Assembly: GCA_037134895.1 (NCBI GenBank)
Contig: JBAXLI010000003.1
Coordinates: 43,937 to 107,936 of the forward strand
Origin: Bacteroidota bacterium
GTDB taxonomy: Bacteria > Bacteroidota > Bacteroidia > Bacteroidales > FEN-979
Direction: 5' to 3'
Length of the DNA: 64,000 bases
The translations under genes and the position numbers were made by a program. The notes beneath the pieces were generated by a model. The model was not told the origin of the DNA, ran no database searches, and saw nothing but the letters and a program-made list of their open reading frames with translations. Position 1 is the stretch's first letter. Each line of letters starts with the position of its first letter. This document shows, piece after piece, positions 28,653 to 38,439 of the stretch.

Positions 28653-29885
28653 ATGGAGAAAGCAGCAACTACCCTTAAAATCCTGTATGTAGGCAAAAAC
28701 CAGGCGCTTATAGATAAGTTCAGGGATGCCTGTCTTTTCGAAATCACAGTTATCCGAAATCCTCTTGCTGCAATCTATTGGCTCACTGACAATCAGTTTA
28801 AAGTCTTCGATCTCGACAAGGATACAAGGTTTGACATCAAATACGAGGAGAAGCAGGAAATGGATGCAATAATATGCGAAATGCTTCTCCCGGGGATCAA
28901 CGCATTTACGTTTTACAGGCGGCTTAAGCTTAATAAATTATACCAGAAAACCCCCTTTATTGTAATTTCTCTCAACAAGGATTACAATGCAAAAAAGTAT
29001 GCCTACACTTTGGGAATTGATGATTTCTATCATGCCGGGATAAACCCGCTTCACATCTGCAGCAGGATAAAACTGCTTACAAAATTCAAATCGGAGTTTG
29101 AAAACAAAACGATTGCAGTTGATGCAACGGTGAGTTTCAATGCCTACCGCACTCCATTCCTGAAAAGGACATTTGATATCCTGGTAGCTGGGATTGCGCT
29201 TCTGATACTTTCCCCGTTCATGCTTCTGACCATGCTTGCGATCAGGCTGGAATCAAAAGGTAAAGTGTATTATTTTTCGAAACGGGTGGGTTCCAATTAC
29301 AAGATTTTTGACTTTTACAAGTTCCGCTCGATGTACCCCGATGCAGATAAAAGACTTAAGGAAGTAGAGCATTTGAACCAGTATCTCAGTGAAAATGTAG
29401 AGGAAAAATGTACTGAATGTGCAAAGCTCGCCGAAGACCATTATTGTTCTCCCCTGGTTTATTATGACGGAGAACAGATTTGTGAACGAATTGCAAACAA
29501 ACGCAGAAGTGCCAGAAAGGCGTTTCTGAAAATTAAAGATGACCCCAGGATTACAACAGTGGGCAAGTTCATCAGGATGACCAGCATTGATGAATTACCT
29601 CAGCTTATCAATGTACTTAAAGGGGATATGTCAATTGTTGGGAACAGGCCGTTACCTCTGAATGAAGCTGAGGCCCTGACGAAAAAAAAATGGAGCCGAA
29701 GGTTCAGGGCTGCTGCCGGTCTTACCGGGTTATGGCAGGTTGAGAAAAGAGGGAGGTCAGGCCCGATGTCTGAAGAAGAACGGTTTGCACTGGATAATTA
29801 CTATGCTGAACACAATTCTTTTTGGGGAGATATTGTCATAATTTTCAGAACCTTCGGAACATTGTTTCAAAAAGAAAATGTATAA
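28653..29885 (+). CDS. Priming sugar (phosphoglycosyl) transferase with N-terminal receiver-like domain
   Basis: Bac_transf motifs KRTFDIL, KFRSM, DPRIT.VGKFIR.TSIDELPQL.NVLKGDMS.VGNRP. N-terminal REC-like DAIICEMLLPG, TPFIVIS, GIDDF. Confidence 0.92.
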   Translation: MEKAATTLKILYVGKNQALIDKFRDACLFEITVIRNPLAAIYWLTDNQFKVFDLDKDTRFDIKYEEKQEMDAIICEMLLPGINAFTFYRRLKLNKLYQKTPFIVISLNKDYNAKKYAYTLGIDDFYHAGINPLHICSRIKLLTKFKSEFENKTIAVDATVSFNAYRTPFLKRTFDILVAGIALLILSPFMLLTMLAIRLESKGKVYYFSKRVGSNYKIFDFYKFRSMYPDADKRLKEVEHLNQYLSENVEEKCTECAKLAEDHYCSPLVYYDGEQICERIANKRRSARKAFLKIKDDPRITTVGKFIRMTSIDELPQLINVLKGDMSIVGNRPLPLNEAEALTKKKWSRRFRAAAGLTGLWQVEKRGRSGPMSEEERFALDNYYAEHNSFWGDIVIIFRTFGTLFQKENV

Positions 29886-30677
29886 ATGTCTGTATTAAAA
29901 ACAAAAATATCATTGTATGAGAAGATGTTAAAAACATGTATGTTTGCATTGATTGTTATCTTCCCTGCAGTTGTCTTCAGCCAGGCAACCAAGGACACAA
30001 CATATTTCAACCCATTGATTGACGACGTTATACAAAGGATCCCTCCTCTTGAGGATCTGATCGACTCAGCCATCGTGCACAATCCCCAAATTAAAAAGTG
30101 GGAAGCCGAAAGTCAGGCATGGAGATATAGGGTAAAATCTGCAAGCCGTTTATGGATGCGGAATTTATATCTTGATCTGTATCTTGAATCCGCTTTATGG
30201 AAATCAAATACCGAGAATTCAATCAACCAGCAGGAGACTACGTTTAATTATACATCCCAAAACAATTTCAATAGCATGGGGTATCTTGAAATCAAAATGC
30301 CAATGTTTGATCTCTGGGATCGAAAGAACCAGATGAAGATCGCCACAAAGGAAATCGAAAAAGCTATGGCTTCAAAAGATGAAGTCGTACTTGCTCTCAG
30401 GCAAACGATAATTACCAATTACAACCAGTTGATTGTTAACCAGAAAATTCTGAAGAATGCAAACGAGAGTGTTATTGCCGGTTCTATGAACAAGGAAATG
30501 GGCGATAAGGAATTCTTAAACGGCCAAACAACCTTGTATGAACTTGCCTACATTATGGAAATGTACCGTGTGGCAGTGTATAATTATGAAACATCAAGAA
30601 ATGCATTTTTTAATTCGTACATGATACTTCAGGAATTATGCGGGTTCAGATTCAATGTCATTAACAGAATAGAGTAA
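29886..30677 (+). CDS. TolC/OEP-like outer-membrane protein, half-length (about one OEP repeat)
   Basis: Signal peptide (possible start 29925), PPLEDLIDSAIVHNP, beta-hairpin ending LEIKMPMFDLW, long coiled coils, ..FLNGQTT..EL, LQELCG. Confidence 0.75.
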   Translation: MSVLKTKISLYEKMLKTCMFALIVIFPAVVFSQATKDTTYFNPLIDDVIQRIPPLEDLIDSAIVHNPQIKKWEAESQAWRYRVKSASRLWMRNLYLDLYLESALWKSNTENSINQQETTFNYTSQNNFNSMGYLEIKMPMFDLWDRKNQMKIATKEIEKAMASKDEVVLALRQTIITNYNQLIVNQKILKNANESVIAGSMNKEMGDKEFLNGQTTLYELAYIMEMYRVAVYNYETSRNAFFNSYMILQELCGFRFNVINRIE

Positions 30678-33367
30678 TGCAGATTATATACTTTGTAAAA
30701 ATACTTCAAAGGCATGTATTACTTCTGATACTTGTCCCACTGCTGATGGCTGCGGTTGTTTTTTTTATCACCCGCAAAGACCAATGGAATTATATTTCCG
30801 AAACAACGATTTACACAGGTGTGACCAGCGGATCTACCATACAACAGCAGGCATATGCTGATGTTATGATAAAAATGACTGTATATGATAACCTCATAAA
30901 CCTCATTAAATCTCGTCAGACTCTTGAAGAAGTTTCCGTTTCTCTGCTTGCGCAGCATCTTCTGCTTGATCATTATGACGAAAGGTATATTTCAAAAGAA
31001 CATTACGAGGAATTATTGTTAAAAGTCCCTGCTGATGTTGTGGATATTGTGAGGAAGGCAAAACGATCAAATCCGAAATTCTTCAAGGGCTCTTCGAAAA
31101 AGACCTCCCAATACGACAGTTCCTACTCATCCCCCAACAGAATGAATTATTCTGAAAAATCTACTGACGGTTCCCTCCAGCCAAGGGAATCATATCATGT
31201 AGTGAAACCCGGTGAAACCATGTTTTCAATTGCGCGTAAATACGGATCGAGTGTAAGAGAGTTAATGAGTTACAACAGATTAATGTCAAGCGACATTTCA
31301 ACCGGACAAAGAATAAGGCTGGATCTGTCTTCTCAGGTACCTGAACCTGCCGCATATCCGACAGAAAATGAAAAAATTGAGCCTGCCCCTGTAAGGGATG
31401 CAAATCAGCTAGAACCTATCGATACGGCAAGTCTGCCTTCTGATTTTTATTCTCACTTTGACACTTCGACAACTTCTGTTACTTCTCATCATAATCTCAC
31501 CGACACTAATGCATTTGACCGGCTTGTGAGGCAATTGATTGCATATGGGCATCAGAATGATCACAATTTTATTTACGAACTATGGAATTCTCAGAAAGAT
31601 GCGTTTTACAGTCTTTCTGCTCTTTCGAAGGTTGAGATCTTCAGAATCGCTAGCAGTGATCTTCTAAAACTTACTTACAAATCCACTGATCCAGGTATTT
31701 CACAGCAGACTCTGGTTTTTTTAACCAAGGGTTTTATTCGTTCATTTAAATTGCTGAAGCAGAACCAGACCGATGCAGTTATTGCATATTTTAAACGTCA
31801 GCTCGAAGATGCCATGCGACGGTTGCAAAGAGCCGAATCTGACCTTTTAGTATTCAACTCAAGAAACAACATCATTAATTTTTATGAACAGACCAAAGAA
31901 ATAGCTGGCAAGAAGGAAGAACTCGACGTAGATTATCAGAACAAACAGATCACTCTGGCTGCAGCGGACGCTGCTCTCAGGATCATTGAAAAGAAACTTG
32001 AATCGCATGCCAAACTGTCTTTAAACACAAGCACTATTTTGCAGGTGCGTGACGAACTTACAAACACAACTATGCAAATTGCCAATATTGAGATTGATCT
32101 TGGCAATGATTCCGCCACAATAAAGCAGCTAACTGGCCTTAAAAATAGAGTTGAGAATTTAAAGGCTGAATTAAAAAATAACATCGACCAGTTGTACCTT
32201 GTCACCAACTCTGTTGAAGGCTTGCCTCTAAAAGATCTCCTCAATTCATGGCTGGTAAACGTTATTTCATATGAAGAAAGCAAAGCCTCACTCAGAGTGC
32301 TCTCTGAACGCAAAAAGTATTATCTTAAAGTATATGAGATTTTTGCGCCTCTGGGAGCCCGGCAGAAACGATTTGAGCGTCTGATTGGAGTTACCGAAAG
32401 CGAATTCCTTGAACTGTTACATGATTTGAATCTGGCTAAGTTAAGGCAACAGGACGATGAAATGTCGACCAATCTCAAAGTTGTGGATGCTCCCTTTTAT
32501 CCCCTTCATGCATTGAGTTCAAAAGCCTTGTTGATGGTTCTCGCCTCCGCACTCCTCGGATTTATATTTGTAGTAATAATTCTTCTCGCCCTGGAGTTCT
32601 TCGACACCACAATAAAAACAGGTGAAAGGGCTGAACGCTTTATTAAACTGAAATTGTCGGGGCTCTATCCGAAAATTGTTAAGCAGATATACACTGTTGA
32701 TATCGGATTTATTTTACCAAGGCTGGTTGAAATCATTGCTCAGAATATACGACTCCTTCTGAATAAAACTTCGAATCTTTCTGAAAAGAAACCAGTTGTC
32801 GTCGGGATCATAAGTACACGTGACTTCGAAGGAAAAACCACTATCGGAAGAGAACTTAGCAGAAAATTCAAAGCGTTCGGAGAAAGTACAATTTTCTTCA
32901 ATTATGCTAACGAAAAGTCCGGGCCGAACGAACATTATAACAGTGTTGAACTTATCCCTCCCTCTGAAGATGAAGTACAGTATATAATTCAGGATGATTT
33001 TTTCGAAACAAAGAATTTAAAAGAACTCTTAAACGGGTATGAACATCTTGACTTCGATTCCTTTGATTATATCTTTATCGAAATGCCTTCTCTGATAAAT
33101 AACGCCTATCCCATTGATATTGTATCAAAATTTGATCTGACTCTGCTTGTTGCCAGGGCTAACCGTTCCTGGGTCGAAGCCGATACCGCGGTATTATCTG
33201 GATTCCTTTCCGCTACCAAACATCCTGTGCAAATAGTCCTTAACGGAGTCGATCTGATGTTCTTGGATTCTGTTTTTGGTGACATCCCAATGCAACGGTC
33301 GAAGTTTAGAAGAGTACTGAAGAAAATTCTGACTTTCAGGTTTGGCGAAGAAAATGTCATTTCCTGA
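30677..33367 (+). CDS. Polysaccharide co-polymerase (Wzc/GumC-like) with LysM insert and degenerate BY-kinase-like domain
   Basis: N-terminal TM + Y.SETTIYTG, periplasmic coiled coils, VVDAPFYP + second TM, STRDFEGKTT Walker-A-like; LysM at 31193-31321. Confidence 0.85.
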   Translation: MQIIYFVKILQRHVLLLILVPLLMAAVVFFITRKDQWNYISETTIYTGVTSGSTIQQQAYADVMIKMTVYDNLINLIKSRQTLEEVSVSLLAQHLLLDHYDERYISKEHYEELLLKVPADVVDIVRKAKRSNPKFFKGSSKKTSQYDSSYSSPNRMNYSEKSTDGSLQPRESYHVVKPGETMFSIARKYGSSVRELMSYNRLMSSDISTGQRIRLDLSSQVPEPAAYPTENEKIEPAPVRDANQLEPIDTASLPSDFYSHFDTSTTSVTSHHNLTDTNAFDRLVRQLIAYGHQNDHNFIYELWNSQKDAFYSLSALSKVEIFRIASSDLLKLTYKSTDPGISQQTLVFLTKGFIRSFKLLKQNQTDAVIAYFKRQLEDAMRRLQRAESDLLVFNSRNNIINFYEQTKEIAGKKEELDVDYQNKQITLAAADAALRIIEKKLESHAKLSLNTSTILQVRDELTNTTMQIANIEIDLGNDSATIKQLTGLKNRVENLKAELKNNIDQLYLVTNSVEGLPLKDLLNSWLVNVISYEESKASLRVLSERKKYYLKVYEIFAPLGARQKRFERLIGVTESEFLELLHDLNLAKLRQQDDEMSTNLKVVDAPFYPLHALSSKALLMVLASALLGFIFVVIILLALEFFDTTIKTGERAERFIKLKLSGLYPKIVKQIYTVDIGFILPRLVEIIAQNIRLLLNKTSNLSEKKPVVVGIISTRDFEGKTTIGRELSRKFKAFGESTIFFNYANEKSGPNEHYNSVELIPPSEDEVQYIIQDDFFETKNLKELLNGYEHLDFDSFDYIFIEMPSLINNAYPIDIVSKFDLTLLVARANRSWVEADTAVLSGFLSATKHPVQIVLNGVDLMFLDSVFGDIPMQRSKFRRVLKKILTFRFGEENVIS

Positions 33368-33390
33368 CGATGACCTAAATTTGATTCAAC

Positions 33391-34788
33391 ATGTGGGCAT
33401 TCTTAAAAACTACATTGTTTAATATTTTCAAGGATGCTAATTTCCTTTCCTTCGCCGGGAATCTATCAACCTCTCTAGCCGGACTCTTTTCATACATGAT
33501 ACTTCTTCGAATGCTAACGATCCCTGATTTTGGCATTTGGATACTATTTATAGCCCCGGCTTCTATTATTGACATGCTAAGATTCGGAGTCACAAGGGAG
33601 GCCCTAGTAAGGTATCTTTCAGGATGCAGTGAGGAAGATAAGAAATACTACCTGGGATCGGCTTGGGTTGTAGGATTGCTTATACTTGCAGGCATTACTG
33701 CAATTTTGTGGACTGTGTTCCTGATCTTCCCGGGGTACATAAGGAACAGCGGTTATTCCTTGTTTTTCATCTGGTACCCTCTCCTCGGACTAGTAACCTT
33801 GCCCTGGAACTATGCATGGTCGATTTTCCAGGCCGAAATTGATTTTGGAAAAATCTTCTGGATACGATTTTTCAACCTATGCTCTTTTTTATTGATAATT
33901 CTTGCGGCCTGGCTGTTTATTAAAATAGATGTTACCATGGTAGTCCTCATCTATACTGCCACAAACCTTGCAACATCGCTGTTCTGCGTTGTCAAAAAAT
34001 GGAGCGGACTAGAGTTTATTCGTCGCATCAGTAAAATCAAGGTTATCGAGATTGTGAAATACGGGAGGTATTCAATGGCAACCCGGATCGGGAGCGGACT
34101 GTTAAAAGGCGCTGACAGCATCATCATTTCTTTCAGCGCTTTTATGGGGCCTGCCAGCGTTGCGCTTTATGCAATTCCTCTGAAGTATATTGAATTCATT
34201 GAGATTCCCCTACTAAGCTTTGCAACTACTGCGTTCCCGAAGTTTTCAAAAATGAGTATGGAGGAAAATATCGATGGTTTTAAAAAGATATTTTACAATT
34301 ATACCGGTCCACTTGTGTACCTGTTTTTAATAATTGCAGTAGTCAGCCTGGTTCTGAACAAATACTTCATCCTTATTCTGGGCGGACAAAAGTATTTAAC
34401 AACATCGGGGCTCTCTTATGTGTTGATGATCTTTATTCTCTATGGTTTGCTGATGCCGCTTGACCGGTTTGCAGGGGTAGCTCTTGACAGCCTCAACAGA
34501 CCGGATAAAAACTTTCAGAAGGTTGCAATAATGGCTCTTGCAAATATTGCAGGCGACATTTTTGCAGTTTTCGGACTTCATTACTTTTTTCCTGAAATGC
34601 CCCCTATCACGATTCTTGCTTTTGTAGCTGTCGCCTCGATAGTGTTCTCAGTGATCGGCCTATTCGTAGGATATTATTTCCTTAAACAAGAGATCGACAT
34701 CTCATTAACCTTAGTTTTTAAAAAGGGTTTCATGTTTTATAAGGACCTTCCTAAGCGTATTAAGAACAAAGAACCATTATTTCAATGA
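33391..34788 (+). CDS. wzx: Oligosaccharide flippase (Wzx/MOP family)
   Basis: About 12 TM helices, R.L...DFGIW, GPASVALYAIP, AFPKFSK; -7-like box TAAATTTG at 33376-33383. Confidence 0.82.
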   Translation: MWAFLKTTLFNIFKDANFLSFAGNLSTSLAGLFSYMILLRMLTIPDFGIWILFIAPASIIDMLRFGVTREALVRYLSGCSEEDKKYYLGSAWVVGLLILAGITAILWTVFLIFPGYIRNSGYSLFFIWYPLLGLVTLPWNYAWSIFQAEIDFGKIFWIRFFNLCSFLLIILAAWLFIKIDVTMVVLIYTATNLATSLFCVVKKWSGLEFIRRISKIKVIEIVKYGRYSMATRIGSGLLKGADSIIISFSAFMGPASVALYAIPLKYIEFIEIPLLSFATTAFPKFSKMSMEENIDGFKKIFYNYTGPLVYLFLIIAVVSLVLNKYFILILGGQKYLTTSGLSYVLMIFILYGLLMPLDRFAGVALDSLNRPDKNFQKVAIMALANIAGDIFAVFGLHYFFPEMPPITILAFVAVASIVFSVIGLFVGYYFLKQEIDISLTLVFKKGFMFYKDLPKRIKNKEPLFQ

Positions 34789-36257
34789 GCTATATGAACC
34801 CATTCCATACATTAAAAGGATCTGAAATTCTCAGAAATCCAATAGTAGTTGGAATCGTATTAATGGCTACCATTATTCTAGGTTTTGCCTTGGCAATTGG
34901 AGGCTACATTACCATTGGGATCGTAATAGCTGTACCCATTCTCTTTTTTGCTTTCTACAAACTTATTCAAAAGCCTGAGGTCGGAGTGACGTTCGCACTT
35001 ATCCTTAATTTTTTTGTCATAGGGATGATGAGATATATCCCATTAAAGCTAGGTTATTTAATGGACATCTCCTTAATTTCTATTTATTTTGCCATGTTTT
35101 TCCATTATTTTAATAAAAAAATCGATCTTAGTCCTGCAAATACTGATTTGACTTATCTTGCGATTGTCTGGTTCAGTTACATTTTTCTTGAATTATTTAA
35201 CCCTGAGGCAGTCAATAAAACAGCATGGTTTGCCTCAATGCGAGGCATCGGTTTATATTTCGTTTTAATTATACCTCTGATTCAACTACTTTATAATGAC
35301 CCCAAATACCTTGATCGTTTTTTTAAAATTTGGGGAATTATTTCGATTTTAGCATCGATCAAAGCTTGGATGCAGCTCAATCTTGGACCTGACCGCTGGG
35401 AACAAAAATGGCTTGATGAGGTCGGCGGTTCAACACATATTTTGTACGGAAACCTTAGGGCATTCTCTTTCTTTTCTGATGCTGGTCAATTCGGAGCTGC
35501 ACAAGGACAGATTCTTATTATATCATTTATCATTTTGATGAATGAAAAACGGTTAAAGGAAAAAATCTTTTGGCTTATTGTACTCGTTACAGGCTATTAT
35601 GGGATGTCCAGTTCAGGTACCCGGGGTGCAATTTTTGTACCATTGGCTGGTGGAGCATTGTATATTATCATTAAAAAAAATGTCAAAATTATTATAATTG
35701 GAGTCATTGCTCTGGTAATGATTTATTCCTTTTTCAGATTCACAACAATAGGAAATTCAAATTATCAAATCTATCGTATGCGTACTGCTTTTACTCCTGA
35801 AGATGATGCTTCTTTCCAGGTCAGGATCAAAAACCAAGCAATTTTTGAGGAATACCTAAAAAGTAGACCATTTGGAGGAGGAATAGGTCATGCGGGCGAA
35901 CGTGCCAAGTTATACACAGGAGAAACTTTCCTGTCAAACGTTGCCACTGATAGTTGGTTTGTACTTATATGGTCAGAAAGTGGGATTGTAGGTCTGTTCC
36001 TACATATGTTTATCCTGGGTTGGATTATTGGCAAAAGTATATATATATGTATGTTTCAATTGCAAAATAATGAACTGGTGGTCAAATCCACTGCACTTTT
36101 ATGTGGTTTTTTCGGAATAATTGTTGCCAGTTATGGAAATTCAATACTCGGCCAGTTTCCAACAGGTTTTTTAATTTATACAAGTATGGCGTTTGTTTTC
36201 ATGGCTCCTTCATTTGACAAGAGAATTAATTCACCGATGAAATATCCTCTAACCTAA
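34785..36257 (+). CDS. O-antigen ligase/polymerase (Wzy_C) family membrane protein
   Basis: Polytopic; RAFSFFSDAGQFG, SGTRGA, DASFQVR, RPFGGGIG, TDSWFVLIWSESGIVG. Confidence 0.85.
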   Translation: MSYMNPFHTLKGSEILRNPIVVGIVLMATIILGFALAIGGYITIGIVIAVPILFFAFYKLIQKPEVGVTFALILNFFVIGMMRYIPLKLGYLMDISLISIYFAMFFHYFNKKIDLSPANTDLTYLAIVWFSYIFLELFNPEAVNKTAWFASMRGIGLYFVLIIPLIQLLYNDPKYLDRFFKIWGIISILASIKAWMQLNLGPDRWEQKWLDEVGGSTHILYGNLRAFSFFSDAGQFGAAQGQILIISFIILMNEKRLKEKIFWLIVLVTGYYGMSSSGTRGAIFVPLAGGALYIIIKKNVKIIIIGVIALVMIYSFFRFTTIGNSNYQIYRMRTAFTPEDDASFQVRIKNQAIFEEYLKSRPFGGGIGHAGERAKLYTGETFLSNVATDSWFVLIWSESGIVGLFLHMFILGWIIGKSIYICMFQLQNNELVVKSTALLCGFFGIIVASYGNSILGQFPTGFLIYTSMAFVFMAPSFDKRINSPMKYPLT

Positions 36258-36270
36258 TAAAAAAAGTTAC

Positions 36271-36408
36271 ATGTCAGGTGTTGCAGTATACTTGGTAATT
36301 GGGTTTGTCCTTTTCGTCCCATTAGGATTTCTTGTCGGTTTTTTTCAACATAAGAATGATGAACAGCGCGAAAATAAAAATAGCCAAACACCTTCATCAG
36401 AACCTTAA
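36271..36408 (+). CDS. Small single-TM protein (45 aa), below the ORF-track cutoff
   Basis: ATG at 36271 after A-rich leader, TAA ending 36408. Translation: MSGVAVYLVIGFVLFVPLGFLVGFFQHKNDEQRENKNSQTPSSEP. Confidence 0.55.
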   Translation: MSGVAVYLVIGFVLFVPLGFLVGFFQHKNDEQRENKNSQTPSSEP

Positions 36409-36477
36409 TTTAGTACTAATACTCCTTTTTGTTAACTTTAACCTTTTCATTATAAATTGGATTAAATTCGAAAGCTT

Positions 36478-37401
36478 ATGAAAGAAAGATTTCCTCTCGT
36501 TTCAATAATAGCAGGGACATATAACCAACCAGAGCTAACCTTAGATTTTATTAAGTCTCTGAAACAAATCACTTACCCTAATTATGAGGTCATTATTTTC
36601 GATAATGCTTCGGATAAAAAGAAACCCGGCATTATTAAAGAGAGATATCCCGAGATCACCCTGATAGAAAACAAGGAAAATCTGGGATATGGAGGAGGAA
36701 ACAATATTGGTATCAGAGCTGCGAAAGGGAAGTACCTTTTATTGATCAATAACGATGTAGAGGTTGAACCTGATTTTCTCGAACCACTGGTCGCAAAACT
36801 CGAGAGTGATCCAACGATAGCAGTATGCAACCCCAAAATAAGATTCTTTTTCAAACCCGACACAATACAGTATATCGGATTTACGGCTATCACTACAATT
36901 ACTGTCAGGAACGAAGGGATCGGTTATGGGGAAAAGGATACCGGACAATATGAAGAAGACCGGTTTACCCACTATGGCTGCGGTACAGCAATGCTTCTGC
37001 CGATTGAGGCAATTAAAAAAGTTGGATTAATCTCAGAACTCTTTTTCCTTTATTATGATGAAATGGATTGGTTTCAGAGATTTAATGATGCAGGGTACAA
37101 AAATGCCTATGTGCATAACTCATTGATCTACCATAAAGATTCCATGACCACTGGGGCCATGAGCCCATATAAAACTTACTTTGTGAGCAGAAACCGCATA
37201 CTTTATCTCAGACGTAATGTATCCGGATTTAAGTTCTATCTCGCTATCCTTTACCAGTTTCTTATCGCGGTTCCCAAAAACATGCTTGTCTTCCTGTTAA
37301 AAGGACAGTTCAAGCATTTTATTGCTTTTAAAAATGCCATTGGTTGGCATTTTGCGAATGCATTTAATCCGGAAGTCCATAAGAATATAAGCCTGGACTG
37401 A
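36478..37401 (+). CDS. Glycosyltransferase family 2 (WbbL/RfbF-like), copy 1
   Basis: PLVSII, FDNAS, NLGYGGGNN, LLINND, FFLYYDEMDW. Confidence 0.9.
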   Translation: MKERFPLVSIIAGTYNQPELTLDFIKSLKQITYPNYEVIIFDNASDKKKPGIIKERYPEITLIENKENLGYGGGNNIGIRAAKGKYLLLINNDVEVEPDFLEPLVAKLESDPTIAVCNPKIRFFFKPDTIQYIGFTAITTITVRNEGIGYGEKDTGQYEEDRFTHYGCGTAMLLPIEAIKKVGLISELFFLYYDEMDWFQRFNDAGYKNAYVHNSLIYHKDSMTTGAMSPYKTYFVSRNRILYLRRNVSGFKFYLAILYQFLIAVPKNMLVFLLKGQFKHFIAFKNAIGWHFANAFNPEVHKNISLD

Positions 37402-37402
37402 A

Positions 37403-38326
37403 ATGGGTTTGGCATCCTATCCGCTTGTTTCAATCGTAACGGTTAATTTCAATGGTTCAGAAGACACCATTGAAATGATTGAGTCCCTTACAAAAATAAC
37501 CTACCCAAACATCGAGATCATTGTTGTTGACAATTATTCTGAGAATGACAATCCGCGGACAATTAAAGATAAATTTCCTGGCATAGTCCTCTATGAAAGT
37601 AATTTAAATATGGGCTTTGCCGGAGGAAATAACCTCGGGATCATGCGTGCAAGAGGAGATTATGTGCTGCTCCTTAATAATGATACCATCGTTGACAAGG
37701 GATTTCTTGAACCCCTTGTCACTAGAATGCAGAGAGACCCGAAAATCGGCTGTGTAAGCGCCAAACTGAGGTTTTATTATGACCGCAATGTGATTCAGTT
37801 TGCAGGATACACCCCTATCAACCACCGCACCATGCGAAGCTTTGCAATCGGGTACCGCGAAAAAGACAAAGGTCAGCATGATCAGGATAAAGAAACCCCT
37901 TACGCTCATGGCGCAGCTATGATGGTTTCGATGAAAGTGATCAAGGAAATAGGAATCATGTCCTATATCTTCTTCCTTTATTATGAGGAGGCAGATTGGA
38001 GCTACAGAATTAAAAAAGCAGGATATACAATCTGGTACGTCCATAATTCCCTGGTATATCATAAAGAATCAATAGCTGTTGGCAAGCTCAGCGATTCCAA
38101 AGTTTACTACCAGAACAGGAACAGGATTGTTTTCATGAGACGCAATGTAACCGGAAAGGATTTCTATATCGGTATTCTTTATCAGCTATGTGTTGCCATA
38201 CCCAAAAACGCTCTCAAGTATCTTGCAAAAGGCAAAATAAATTATTTCCATGCATACCTGAGGGCTATCGGATGGCATATTAAAAACGCCGTCAATCCTG
38301 TTATTCATGATAATCCCCACTTATAA
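37403..38326 (+). CDS. Glycosyltransferase family 2, copy 2 (paralogue of the upstream gene)
   Basis: PLVSIV, VDNYS, NMGFAGGNN, LLLNND, FFLYYEEADW; same 307-aa length. Confidence 0.9.
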   Translation: MGLASYPLVSIVTVNFNGSEDTIEMIESLTKITYPNIEIIVVDNYSENDNPRTIKDKFPGIVLYESNLNMGFAGGNNLGIMRARGDYVLLLNNDTIVDKGFLEPLVTRMQRDPKIGCVSAKLRFYYDRNVIQFAGYTPINHRTMRSFAIGYREKDKGQHDQDKETPYAHGAAMMVSMKVIKEIGIMSYIFFLYYEEADWSYRIKKAGYTIWYVHNSLVYHKESIAVGKLSDSKVYYQNRNRIVFMRRNVTGKDFYIGILYQLCVAIPKNALKYLAKGKINYFHAYLRAIGWHIKNAVNPVIHDNPHL

Positions 38327-38439
38327 ATCCCGCCTGTGAAAAATAATTTGCAATGTCTCAGAGGTATTATGGGTTTTTGTATTTTTACTCAGGTAAAAGC
38401 CTTTTACAGTTTGTGATTTAATAAGTTAAACCAGATCAT

